From the NCBI GenBank assembly GCA_016840095.1, contig JAEOSZ010000006.1, forward strand, positions 29,200 through 93,199: a stretch of DNA of 64,000 nucleotides. The letters are read 5' to 3'. Position 1 is the first letter of the stretch; each line of letters begins with the position of its first letter. Origin of the DNA: Candidatus Heimdallarchaeota archaeon. GTDB lineage: Archaea; Asgardarchaeota; Heimdallarchaeia; Heimdallarchaeales; Heimdallarchaeaceae. Positions 1 through 8,581 of the stretch are shown here, piece by piece. Under the pieces are notes generated by a model. The model saw nothing but the letters and a program-made list of their open reading frames with translations, was not told where the DNA came from and searched no databases. Position numbers and translations under genes: made by a program.

Positions 1-228
1 AGATAATTTGTTACCGCGATATGTTTCGTAAAGAATGTAAAAATATACAACAAATCCAAATAAAATTGCAGAAACAGAATATCTAAAATATCTATTTTTC
101 AGATATGGGAGAGCAGGACCAAATAAATCATTTAACTTAGACTGAAACCAGTTAGGTTCTCTAGAAGGAATTGGTTCTGAATTGGTTGTTCTTAGTTCAG
201 TATTTTCTTGTAATGAATCATTCAACAT
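1..228 (-). CDS. Hypothetical membrane protein, N-terminal part (runs off the window start)
   Basis: ATG at 228 preceded by GAGGT; open frame MLNDSLQENTELRTTNSEPIPSREPNWFQSKLNDLFGPALPYLKNRYFRYSVSAILFGFVVYFYILYETY... with one hydrophobic segment; not in the ORF track because it is truncated. Confidence 0.7.
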   Translation of the reverse strand, partial: MLNDSLQENTELRTTNSEPIPSREPNWFQSKLNDLFGPALPYLKNRYFRYSVSAILFGFVVYFYILYETYRGNKLS

Positions 229-379
229 ATTTACCTCATTGATTTTAGTAATCTTCCCAAATCAGAATCAGTTTTACTTTACAATCTTATTGATTAACAA
301 AATATAAACTCTTACAATGTTAAATCTAACGCTTCTTCAAATGCACAGTAATTATTGAAATCGATGAAGTTTGGATTGT

Positions 380-589
380 TCAGTCATCCTCGTAGATTAT
401 ATTATTGTATTTATTATCCACGTTTGGGAATCTAAAATCGGTTGATTGTTTTGATGCATAGTGTTCCCTATAAAAATCTCTTAGTGCAAGTCTTATTGCT
501 TCTGATCTTGAAGCATATCTACCCTGAAGAACCATTTCATCCAGTATTTCAACGAACTCACTCGGTAATCGTATTGAAATCAAATTCAT
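380..589 (-). CDS. Ribbon-helix-helix (CopG/Arc/MetJ) transcriptional regulator, CdrS-like
   Basis: N-terminal beta strand (LISIRLP) then GRYASRSEAIRLALRDF, typical of the archaeal RHH family. Confidence 0.85.
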   Translation of the reverse strand: MNLISIRLPSEFVEILDEMVLQGRYASRSEAIRLALRDFYREHYASKQSTDFRFPNVDNKYNNIIYEDD

Positions 590-775
590 CTGTTAACCCC
601 TAAACAAATTTTAATCATCATGTTAATGTACGACTGTGCATTTATAGATTTGTAACACTCTTCGTCCTAGATGATTCAGTGGAATATCATCAATGAAACA
701 GGTTATTTAAGGTTTATGTCGGATGTATATCAGAATCAAAAAAACTAGAATATATTTTCCAGTTTCTTTTCAAGT

Positions 776-1348
776 TTATTTTATAGTAACCTGTTTATTG
801 CATTTCTCACAAGTAATGGTCATACCGCTGCTTAGAGGTTCTTTGCTTTTGCTCAAAATGTTTCCACAGTAACAAACATATCCCTGGAACCTAGCTGGAT
901 TGCCAAATACTAAACCATGATCTGGAACATCTTTTGAAACTAAACTTCCTGCACCTATCATTGAATGTTCTCCAACAGTAATTCCACAGATAATGGTTGC
1001 ATTAGCTCCAATTGAAGCACCTTTTTTCACTAGTGTTGGAACCAACTTCCATTCCGGATTTGTTGCTCGAGGTAGATAATCATTCGTAAAACAAACATGG
1101 GGACCAATAAATACATCATCCTCAAGTGTTACACCATGGTATACTGAAACAAAATTTTGAATTTTGACATTATTACCTATTGTAACTTCAAAATCTACAA
1201 AAGCAGATTTTCCAAAAATACAATCCTTCCCAATAGATGCACCTTTTCTAATTTGAACCTGATGCCATATTTTTGTTCCATCACCAATAGTTACATCATC
1301 CTCAATGAAAGCTGTAGGATGAACAAAATAACCTTTATCAGTATTCAT
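776..1348 (-). CDS. Hexapeptide-repeat N-acetyltransferase (WbpD/WlbB-like sugar acetyltransferase) with C-terminal Zn ribbon
   Basis: VHPTAFIE, GTKIWH, KIQNFVSVY, FIGPHVCFTND..PRA, GNPAR, CYCG...CEKC; probable start MNTDK at 1348 (ORF extends to 1393). Confidence 0.9.
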   Translation of the reverse strand: MNTDKGYFVHPTAFIEDDVTIGDGTKIWHQVQIRKGASIGKDCIFGKSAFVDFEVTIGNNVKIQNFVSVYHGVTLEDDVFIGPHVCFTNDYLPRATNPEWKLVPTLVKKGASIGANATIICGITVGEHSMIGAGSLVSKDVPDHGLVFGNPARFQGYVCYCGNILSKSKEPLSSGMTITCEKCNKQVTIK

Positions 1349-1408
1349 AATGTGAAATCCCAATAAACAGATAAAAAGCTTTACTCTCTTCATTAAGTCA
1401 AAGAAATC

Positions 1409-2164
1409 CTATTGCTTCATACTACAGATACAATTGATATCTCTCTCAACGTCAAAAGTATCAAAACTATTGTATTGCAAATCAGCGTGCAAAATCTTAT
1501 TGGCAAGCAATCTGTTAATGTCTTTAAAAACCAGATATTTTATTGCTTCATTAGCTTCGATTAATCCAAAAAAACCAGCAGTTATTCCCATAATCCCCTC
1601 TTCCCCAGTTGTTGGATATGTTCCTGGGCTAGGTATTTCTTTAAACACACATCGATAACAAGCAGTTTTCTGTGGTAAAACGGTTATCATCTGACCCTCA
1701 AATTGGAATACTCCTCCGATTACAAATGGTATTCCTAGTTTTATACAAGTATCATTAACAAGAAATTTTGTTTCAAAATTATCACTTGATTCAACTATAA
1801 AGTCATAATTTCTAATTATCCCTTCAATATTCTCTCTGTTTAAATGTAGCTCATGCAGTTCTATTTTGATGTCAGAATTTAATTTGGAGAGTTTGATAAG
1901 AGCGGATTCCGTTTTAGCCTTTCCAATATCAGATTCATAATGTAAAATTTGACGGTTCAGATTTGAAAGTTCAACTTTATCTTTATCTAATAAACCTAAA
2001 TTTCCAACACCTGCTGTAGCTAAGTAATATGCTACACTTGAACCCAAACCACCTAAACCAATAATTAAAACTTTACTTGACTTCAACACTTTTTGTCCTT
2101 CAACACCTATATCAGAGATTATAATTTGACGATTGTATTTTGATAATTCTTCTTTACTAAGCAT
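1409..2164 (-). CDS. ThiF/MoeB/UbaA E1-like adenylyltransferase
   Basis: YNRQII, GLGGLGS, DKVELSNLNRQ, SDNFETK, CYRC; ATG at 2164 preceded by AGGTGA. Confidence 0.92.
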   Translation of the reverse strand: MLSKEELSKYNRQIIISDIGVEGQKVLKSSKVLIIGLGGLGSSVAYYLATAGVGNLGLLDKDKVELSNLNRQILHYESDIGKAKTESALIKLSKLNSDIKIELHELHLNRENIEGIIRNYDFIVESSDNFETKFLVNDTCIKLGIPFVIGGVFQFEGQMITVLPQKTACYRCVFKEIPSPGTYPTTGEEGIMGITAGFFGLIEANEAIKYLVFKDINRLLANKILHADLQYNSFDTFDVERDINCICSMKQ

Positions 2165-2235
2165 TTTATAGTCACCTAACAATGAGAATCGAATTCAATA
2201 AATCTTTCTTATTAATGAGAAAAACTTGAACATTA

Positions 2236-2649
2236 CTAAATGCTTGCCACATATTCTTTCTCTATTAGTCTTCGAAACTTTTCTATTTTTCCATGAAGTG
2301 TTTTTGCTTCCTTTTCTATAATGTTTGGAAGCCTTCCGAAACCTAGTGCTTTTTCATAGCATTTTGAGAAATAATTAAGCTGAAATACAAGTTGTACAAT
2401 TCGGGCATATTGAAAGACTTGGTCTGGATCAGTCACTAGAGCTACCTTTAGAGAGATCTCATTTTGTTCTTCAGGACTCAAATCAATGTTTAGACCTTCA
2501 CGATTACACTGGTCAAACAACTTATTGAGCATGATGCGCCCTTTTTTCAATACTTGAGCAAGATCTTGAGCAACTTCAGAAAGTCCAGGGACTTCTTTTC
2601 CTATTGTTTCCGCGCTCTCGGTTATACTTTCAAGATGCATTGTTCCCAC
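2236..2649 (-). CDS. Hypothetical alpha-helical protein
   Basis: 137-aa ORF filling the gap, co-oriented with neighbours; no motif recognised. Confidence 0.7.
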   Translation of the reverse strand: MGTMHLESITESAETIGKEVPGLSEVAQDLAQVLKKGRIMLNKLFDQCNREGLNIDLSPEEQNEISLKVALVTDPDQVFQYARIVQLVFQLNYFSKCYEKALGFGRLPNIIEKEAKTLHGKIEKFRRLIEKEYVASI

Positions 2650-2736
2650 TTGAGTTTGATATTATAAAAATTGTTACGCTTCTTATAAGTTTTTTCAGAA
2701 TTTCAAGAATAAAAATAAAGAAAAAGAGTTAGAGAT

Positions 2737-4830
2737 TTAAGGCTCTAAAAGCATTCTTAAGCTAATTAGATGACTATCGATTTCATTCTTCATTTTTTCG
2801 ATTGTTTGTGTTCTTTCTCTAACTAGTTTCATATATGATTCTTTTGTCATGCTTTTTTTGACTCTATATTCTTGACGAAGCATACGAAGATTTCTTCTTT
2901 CTTCGTAAAGTTTTCTCTCAGCTATCTCAATCTTCTGGACATGTTCTTTATATCTTCCACCTAGAATTACTAGAGATTCCTTTGTCTTTTTCAGCACTTC
3001 TTCTTCAGCTCTTTGACGTGCTTCTAGTTTAGCAATCAAATCCTTTCCTTCTTTTGCTTTCAATTTCTTTGCAGCTACTTTGGATCTAGTTTCACGTAAT
3101 CGTTCACGTAAAGAGAGTACTTCTTCATATTGTTTAACAAACTCCTCAATCTCATCTATTGGAATGAATTCCCTATCGTCTTCATCAATAACTAAATCCT
3201 TTGCTTTCTTTGTTGACCATCGAATTCCAAGATATATTGCAAAAATTGCTCCTACAATAATTACTTGTAAGAAATAAGTAATCAATATGTTTAATCTTGA
3301 ATATCTAAAGTTAATTATTACTGGTGCATTGTCATTTCCTGAGAAGTTAGTGAATTTGAAACTCATAATTCGTTTGAAACCAAGTGAGGTGAATTTGAAT
3401 TTCTTATCGTAACTGATATACATGTCTTGATATGGATCAGGATTGTTGTACTGTATATCTCCATAAACTGCTCCCTTTGGAAGAACAACATCTACATTGA
3501 GCTCATCAACGGTCCAATTCACAATGGAACATGGCGCAAATTGGAATTTGTAATCAATTGTTCCTGGTTCCTTAGTAGTGAATGTGCCCAAAGAAGATTT
3601 GTAAACAATTGTAAAGTCAAATGTGTCTCCATGGAACAATGGAGTTCTTGGAAAGATAACCAGTGCGTCATGTCCCGGATAAATGCTAGGACGTTGATTA
3701 TAATATCCTGGTTTGAATATGTTATCCTCTCTTTGATAAATCTGATTCAATGAACCGATTTCATCGTATAAATCAATAACTGTTGAGTTAACTGGCATAA
3801 TTATTGGAATTGCATTTAATGCATATAACTTGATAGTTATCTCATTGTAATCATCTGGTTTTTCAGGACCAAGAAAAACGATTGATTGAGTTTCTGTTAT
3901 CCTAACCAAGCCAAAGGGATCAATCTCAATTTTTCTATAAACATTTGTTGATTTAAACAATACTGTGTTAGCAGGATTTTCAATATCTCCTCCAGTACTG
4001 ACTGATGATAAAAAGACATTTAGCATTAAATCATCATCATACGATTGACTATAATTAAATGGGTTTCTAGTCACATTATCCCACTTTAACAAACCAGTTT
4101 CAGCATCATTAATTAGGGTGATTCCTTCTGTAGCATTGTTAGGTGTTATTACATGATCCACATCATCCAGAAACATATCTCCTCCTTGTTTTTCTACCCA
4201 AACCAAACCATCGACAATTGGAATGTTGTTTATTAGTGGATAGAACAATTCCTGATATGTGAGTACCTGTTCATTATTTACTAATTCATAAGTATAAGGA
4301 TAAGCAAATTCAGTATAGACATTAATGAAATACTGATCTCCTGTACTAATACTAGTCAGATCTAAATTGAAGGGAACTCTGAAAGTAGTGTAATTTATGT
4401 GTGTTTGATAGGTATAGTCCCTCATAGCTGTGCCATTTCCTATGCCTTCATAAGAAGCATTTGAAACACGGAAGCTTGTGAATGTTATATTGTCCGTATT
4501 AATATTAGGGAGAGTATAGTTGAAATAAGTAAGACTAGTATTATCATAAATATTCACTTCGATAGAATCTATTAATCCCAAAGTACCATATGTTTGCATC
4601 TCAACAGTTCTATTAACAACTGCAGTTGCATTGAACCCATAGGTAAAATTATTAGCTGAGTTTAAGTAAACTCTTTCACTAATTGGAGTAATGGGATCGC
4701 TTAGAATGTTTGGTTCAGTTGCTGTATTTCCTTCTGAATACCCTTGAACTAAACCTGACATTGTTATTATTGACATCGAAATTACAATTAGTACGGTCAA
4801 AGTAAAAATCTTACTTTTTATTTTCTTCAT
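2737..4830 (-). CDS. Ribophorin I / OST1-like oligosaccharyltransferase accessory subunit
   Basis: Signal peptide; two beta-rich domains (VNRTVEM..., NVYRKIEIDPFGLVRITET), PRTPLFHG..F..VY, VVLPKGA; single TM helix; long C-terminal helical/coiled-coil domain; about 15 N-x-S/T sequons. Confidence 0.8.
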   Translation of the reverse strand: MKKIKSKIFTLTVLIVISMSIITMSGLVQGYSEGNTATEPNILSDPITPISERVYLNSANNFTYGFNATAVVNRTVEMQTYGTLGLIDSIEVNIYDNTSLTYFNYTLPNINTDNITFTSFRVSNASYEGIGNGTAMRDYTYQTHINYTTFRVPFNLDLTSISTGDQYFINVYTEFAYPYTYELVNNEQVLTYQELFYPLINNIPIVDGLVWVEKQGGDMFLDDVDHVITPNNATEGITLINDAETGLLKWDNVTRNPFNYSQSYDDDLMLNVFLSSVSTGGDIENPANTVLFKSTNVYRKIEIDPFGLVRITETQSIVFLGPEKPDDYNEITIKLYALNAIPIIMPVNSTVIDLYDEIGSLNQIYQREDNIFKPGYYNQRPSIYPGHDALVIFPRTPLFHGDTFDFTIVYKSSLGTFTTKEPGTIDYKFQFAPCSIVNWTVDELNVDVVLPKGAVYGDIQYNNPDPYQDMYISYDKKFKFTSLGFKRIMSFKFTNFSGNDNAPVIINFRYSRLNILITYFLQVIIVGAIFAIYLGIRWSTKKAKDLVIDEDDREFIPIDEIEEFVKQYEEVLSLRERLRETRSKVAAKKLKAKEGKDLIAKLEARQRAEEEVLKKTKESLVILGGRYKEHVQKIEIAERKLYEERRNLRMLRQEYRVKKSMTKESYMKLVRERTQTIEKMKNEIDSHLISLRMLLEP

Positions 4831-5046
4831 TATGGAAACCTCGTGTTTCTAATCTTTGTGCCAATGAGGAAGAACGATTTTAAATATTTTGGCCGTTTAT
4901 ACTTTTTAAATTTTTGAGAATAACTATTAAATCAACTATCTTACTTCAAATATTCGAAATTTGTCAATTTTAGCTTAGTAATAAAGAAATTTGATAAATT
5001 TCAAAACATTCGGAATATTTTTGTATTTTTAGTACATCAATATACT

Positions 5047-5862
5047 GTGTATTCCCTAAAAATATCTCCTGAAAAACTTGCAAGTATGATCGATCACACA
5101 AATCTTAAACCATTTGCAACTAAAAACGATATTCGAAAACTATGTGAAGAAGCATTAGAATTTAATTTTGCAGCTGTTTGTGTTAATTCAGAGCATATAT
5201 CATTTTGTACAGAGATTTTGAAAAAATCTGAAGTTGACATTGCAGCTGTAGTTGGATTTCCTTTGGGTGCTACTACGTCAAAAACAAAAGAGGTAGAGAC
5301 TAGAGAGGCAGTTGGCTTTGGAGCTAATGAAATAGACATGGTTATGGACATTGGGAGCTTTAGAGAAGGTAATTATTTTGAAGTAGGTAAAGACATTGGA
5401 AAGGTAGTTCAAGCTGCAGATGGTGCAATTGTCAAAGTGATTTTAGAAACTGGATTTCTAACAGATGAACAGATCACCAAAGCAAGTGAAATCTCAAAGA
5501 ATTCAGGTGCCCATTATGTAAAAACCTCAACAGGTTTTGGTCCAATGGGAGCCTTTATCGATCATATAATCCTGATGAGGCAAGCTGTTGGTAAAGATTT
5601 AGGCGTTAAGGCAGCTGGAGGAATTAAAACTGCTAGAACAGCTGTAAGATTGATTAATGCGAGCGCAGATAGATTAGGAGCTAGTGCAGGAGTATCGATT
5701 GTAAATCAATTAAGGAAGATAATTGATGAAGGAGGGTGGTTCTACTCAAGCGAAGACAAACCTGAAGACATATACTCTTGGGGAGCAGCAGATTCTAAAA
5801 AACAACCTAAGGATGTATATAACTTTTATATTAAAAAGAAACAAGAATTTATGAAGAGATAG
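5047..5862 (+). CDS. deoC: Deoxyribose-phosphate aldolase
   Basis: IDHTNLKP, VVGFPLGA, EIDMV, VKTSTGF, GVKAAGGI, RLGAS. Confidence 0.97.
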   Translation: MYSLKISPEKLASMIDHTNLKPFATKNDIRKLCEEALEFNFAAVCVNSEHISFCTEILKKSEVDIAAVVGFPLGATTSKTKEVETREAVGFGANEIDMVMDIGSFREGNYFEVGKDIGKVVQAADGAIVKVILETGFLTDEQITKASEISKNSGAHYVKTSTGFGPMGAFIDHIILMRQAVGKDLGVKAAGGIKTARTAVRLINASADRLGASAGVSIVNQLRKIIDEGGWFYSSEDKPEDIYSWGAADSKKQPKDVYNFYIKKKQEFMKR

Positions 5863-5879
5863 CTAAAGAGAGTAGAAAG

Positions 5880-8534
5880 ATGAAGCGTTTTGATGATAGA
5901 AAGCTTAAGCCTAAACTTACTCCAATGATGCAACAGTGGCAAGACATTAAGAAAGAGTATTCAGAGTACATAATATTCTTCAGGGCTGGAGATTTCTATG
6001 AAACTTTTAATGAAGATGCAAAAATTGCTTCAAAGGTTCTCAATATCACGCTTACTGCACGAACACTAGGTGAAAAGAAGTTCCCTCTAGCAGGAGTACC
6101 TTATCATGCAGTAGATGCTTACATTGCCAAAATGGTAGAAAATGGGTATAAGGTGGCAATGGTTGAACAATTGGAAGATCCACAGACAGCAAAGAAAGTT
6201 GTGAAAAGAGGAGTTGTTCAATTAATCTCTAGGGGGACAATTACATTACCTGAATCTTTAGCAAAGGGGCACAACAATTATCTAGTTGCAATTTACAAAG
6301 AAGGAGATTTAATAGGATTATCAGCTCTAGATTTATCTACTGGTGAATTTTTAGTATCAGATTTTGAAGGAGCAAAAGCAAAGAATTTACTGGAAGTTGA
6401 ATTGAACCGACTTAATCCTTCAGAAATTATTGTAACAAAAGATTTCTGGGAGAAATTAAATATCTATTATAATCAATATAAGTGTTCTATCACCTATAAG
6501 GATGATTATTTCTTCGATATTGAACAGAGTCTTCAAGAACTTAAAAGACTGTTTGATGTTCTAAGCTTAGACGGTTATGGTGTAAATGAATTCGTGCCCT
6601 CTATTGGAGCAGCAGGAGCTACTCTCAGATATATTAAAGAAACACAGATGAGGGAAAGTTTTCCTAATATCACAAAAATAAGTCAAATTATAAGTAAGGA
6701 ACACATGGTCCTCGATTTTAATTCAATTAGGAATCTTGAGTTAATAGAAAATCTGAGAGATAGAACTGAATATGGGACCTTGAAACAGGTTCTAGATAAT
6801 TGTAAATCTTCTGGTGGTTCAAGGCTTTTAACTTCATGGTTATTACGTCCAAGTCTTAATCATACAACCATTCAAAGTAGAATTGATGCAACTGAAGAAT
6901 TATTTACTGATTCATTATCAAGAGAAGAATTGAGAAATATTCTTGGTAAAATGAATGATATCGAACGTCTAATTGGTAGAATATGTCTTGGTAGAAATAA
7001 ACCACGAGATTTAATCGCTCTAAGAAATTCATTAGAACTTCTACCAGACATAAAATCGGTTCTGTCAAAATTCAAAACAGCTCTCATAAAAGACATCCAA
7101 AAGAAAATTGATCCATTACCGGAAGTTGTGAAAATAATAGCAACAGGAATCGAGGATGAAGTTCCTGTAAGTATCAAAGATGGAAATGTCATTAGAGAAG
7201 GGTATAATGAGGAATTAGATGAATTAAGAAAAATACAAAGAAGTGGAAAATCATTTCTTACATCATTAGAAGCAAGAGAAAAAGTACGAACTGGAATTAA
7301 GAATTTAAAAGTTCGATACAATAAAGTATTTGGATATTATATCGAAATCCCGAAAGCTTCTGCAAGCAGTGCCCCTCAGGAATATGAGAGAAAACAAACT
7401 CTTGTTAATGCTGAGAGATTTATTACTCCTGAACTTAAAGAATATGAAGAAAAGATTCTAAATGCTGAAGAAAAAATACTTGTTTTGGAAGAAAAATTAT
7501 TTGATCAAATTTCTGAAGAAGTTGCCCAATTTGCTGTAGCTATTCAATTAGATGCAAATTATTGTGCTATGATAGATGTTATCGGGACTTTTGCACAAAA
7601 CGCTGCATATTATGATTATTCAAAGCCAAATATTACCAAGGAGAGCATTATTGAAATTGAGAATGGAAGGCATCCTGTTGTTGAAAGATTATTAGAACAA
7701 TCATCTTTTATTCCAAATGATACTTTGTTAAAGGATGATTCAGAGAGAATTTTGATTATTACTGGTCCAAATATGGGTGGTAAAAGTACACTATTACGAC
7801 AAGTTGCTCTTATAGTTTTGATGGCTCAAATTGGAAGTTTTGTCCCAGCTAGTTCAGCAACAATAGGCTTAACTGATAGAATTTTCACAAGAATAGGAGC
7901 CCATGATGTTTTGGTAGAAAATCGTTCAACATTCATGGTTGAAATGTATGAATGTGCAAACATCCTAAATAATGCAACAGAAAAGAGTTTAGTCATTCTA
8001 GATGAGGTTGGCAGAGGAACATCAACTTATGATGGGGTAGCTATTGCATGGTCAATAACAGAGTATCTTCATGATCACATAGGTAAAAAAGGTCCTAGAA
8101 CCCTTTTTGCTACTCATTATCATGAACTAATAGAATTAGAAGAAAGAATGTCTAGAATCAAAAACTATCATGTTTCAATAAAGAATGTAAATGGAGACAT
8201 TCATTTCCTATACAAAGTGGAAGAAGGAGGTATCAGTGAGAGCTTTGGTATTCACGTAGCATCATTAGCTGGATTACCAAAGGATGTTATAACGAATGCA
8301 AATGATCGCTTATCTTTACTTCATGAACAAGAACTTGAAAAAAGTATAACAAAAGAAACTGATTCTGCAAAAGCAAAAGCCCCAACTAAACGAGTTTCCA
8401 CAAAGCATTCAGCATTCGAAGACATTATAGAAGAAGTTTCCAAATTAGAAATAGATGAAACTACCCCAGTAGAAGCTTTCAAAATCTTAAGTGACCTGGT
8501 TGAAAAAAGTAAAAAATCTTTGAAAACCAAATAA
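5880..8534 (+). CDS. mutS: DNA mismatch repair protein MutS (MutS1)
   Basis: LTPMMQQW, FFRAGDFYETF mismatch-binding motif, TGPNMGGKST, STFMVEM, DEVGRGTST, FATHYHEL. Confidence 0.98.
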   Translation: MKRFDDRKLKPKLTPMMQQWQDIKKEYSEYIIFFRAGDFYETFNEDAKIASKVLNITLTARTLGEKKFPLAGVPYHAVDAYIAKMVENGYKVAMVEQLEDPQTAKKVVKRGVVQLISRGTITLPESLAKGHNNYLVAIYKEGDLIGLSALDLSTGEFLVSDFEGAKAKNLLEVELNRLNPSEIIVTKDFWEKLNIYYNQYKCSITYKDDYFFDIEQSLQELKRLFDVLSLDGYGVNEFVPSIGAAGATLRYIKETQMRESFPNITKISQIISKEHMVLDFNSIRNLELIENLRDRTEYGTLKQVLDNCKSSGGSRLLTSWLLRPSLNHTTIQSRIDATEELFTDSLSREELRNILGKMNDIERLIGRICLGRNKPRDLIALRNSLELLPDIKSVLSKFKTALIKDIQKKIDPLPEVVKIIATGIEDEVPVSIKDGNVIREGYNEELDELRKIQRSGKSFLTSLEAREKVRTGIKNLKVRYNKVFGYYIEIPKASASSAPQEYERKQTLVNAERFITPELKEYEEKILNAEEKILVLEEKLFDQISEEVAQFAVAIQLDANYCAMIDVIGTFAQNAAYYDYSKPNITKESIIEIENGRHPVVERLLEQSSFIPNDTLLKDDSERILIITGPNMGGKSTLLRQVALIVLMAQIGSFVPASSATIGLTDRIFTRIGAHDVLVENRSTFMVEMYECANILNNATEKSLVILDEVGRGTSTYDGVAIAWSITEYLHDHIGKKGPRTLFATHYHELIELEERMSRIKNYHVSIKNVNGDIHFLYKVEEGGISESFGIHVASLAGLPKDVITNANDRLSLLHEQELEKSITKETDSAKAKAPTKRVSTKHSAFEDIIEEVSKLEIDETTPVEAFKILSDLVEKSKKSLKTK

Positions 8535-8581
8535 CAAAAATTTATTTGGGTTCAATTAAACCAATGAATATCTGTGATTTT

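Noticed and set aside
670-700. TGATGA...CTGA on the minus strand resembling C/D box sRNA motifs
   Set aside because: Boxes are only 7 nt apart, there are no guide regions or second box pair, and it overlaps the likely promoter of the RHH gene
1409-2649. E1-like gene as part of a eukaryote-like ubiquitin operon
   Set aside because: No ubiquitin/SAMP, E2, RING or JAB gene adjacent; sequence is ordinary MoeB/ThiF type
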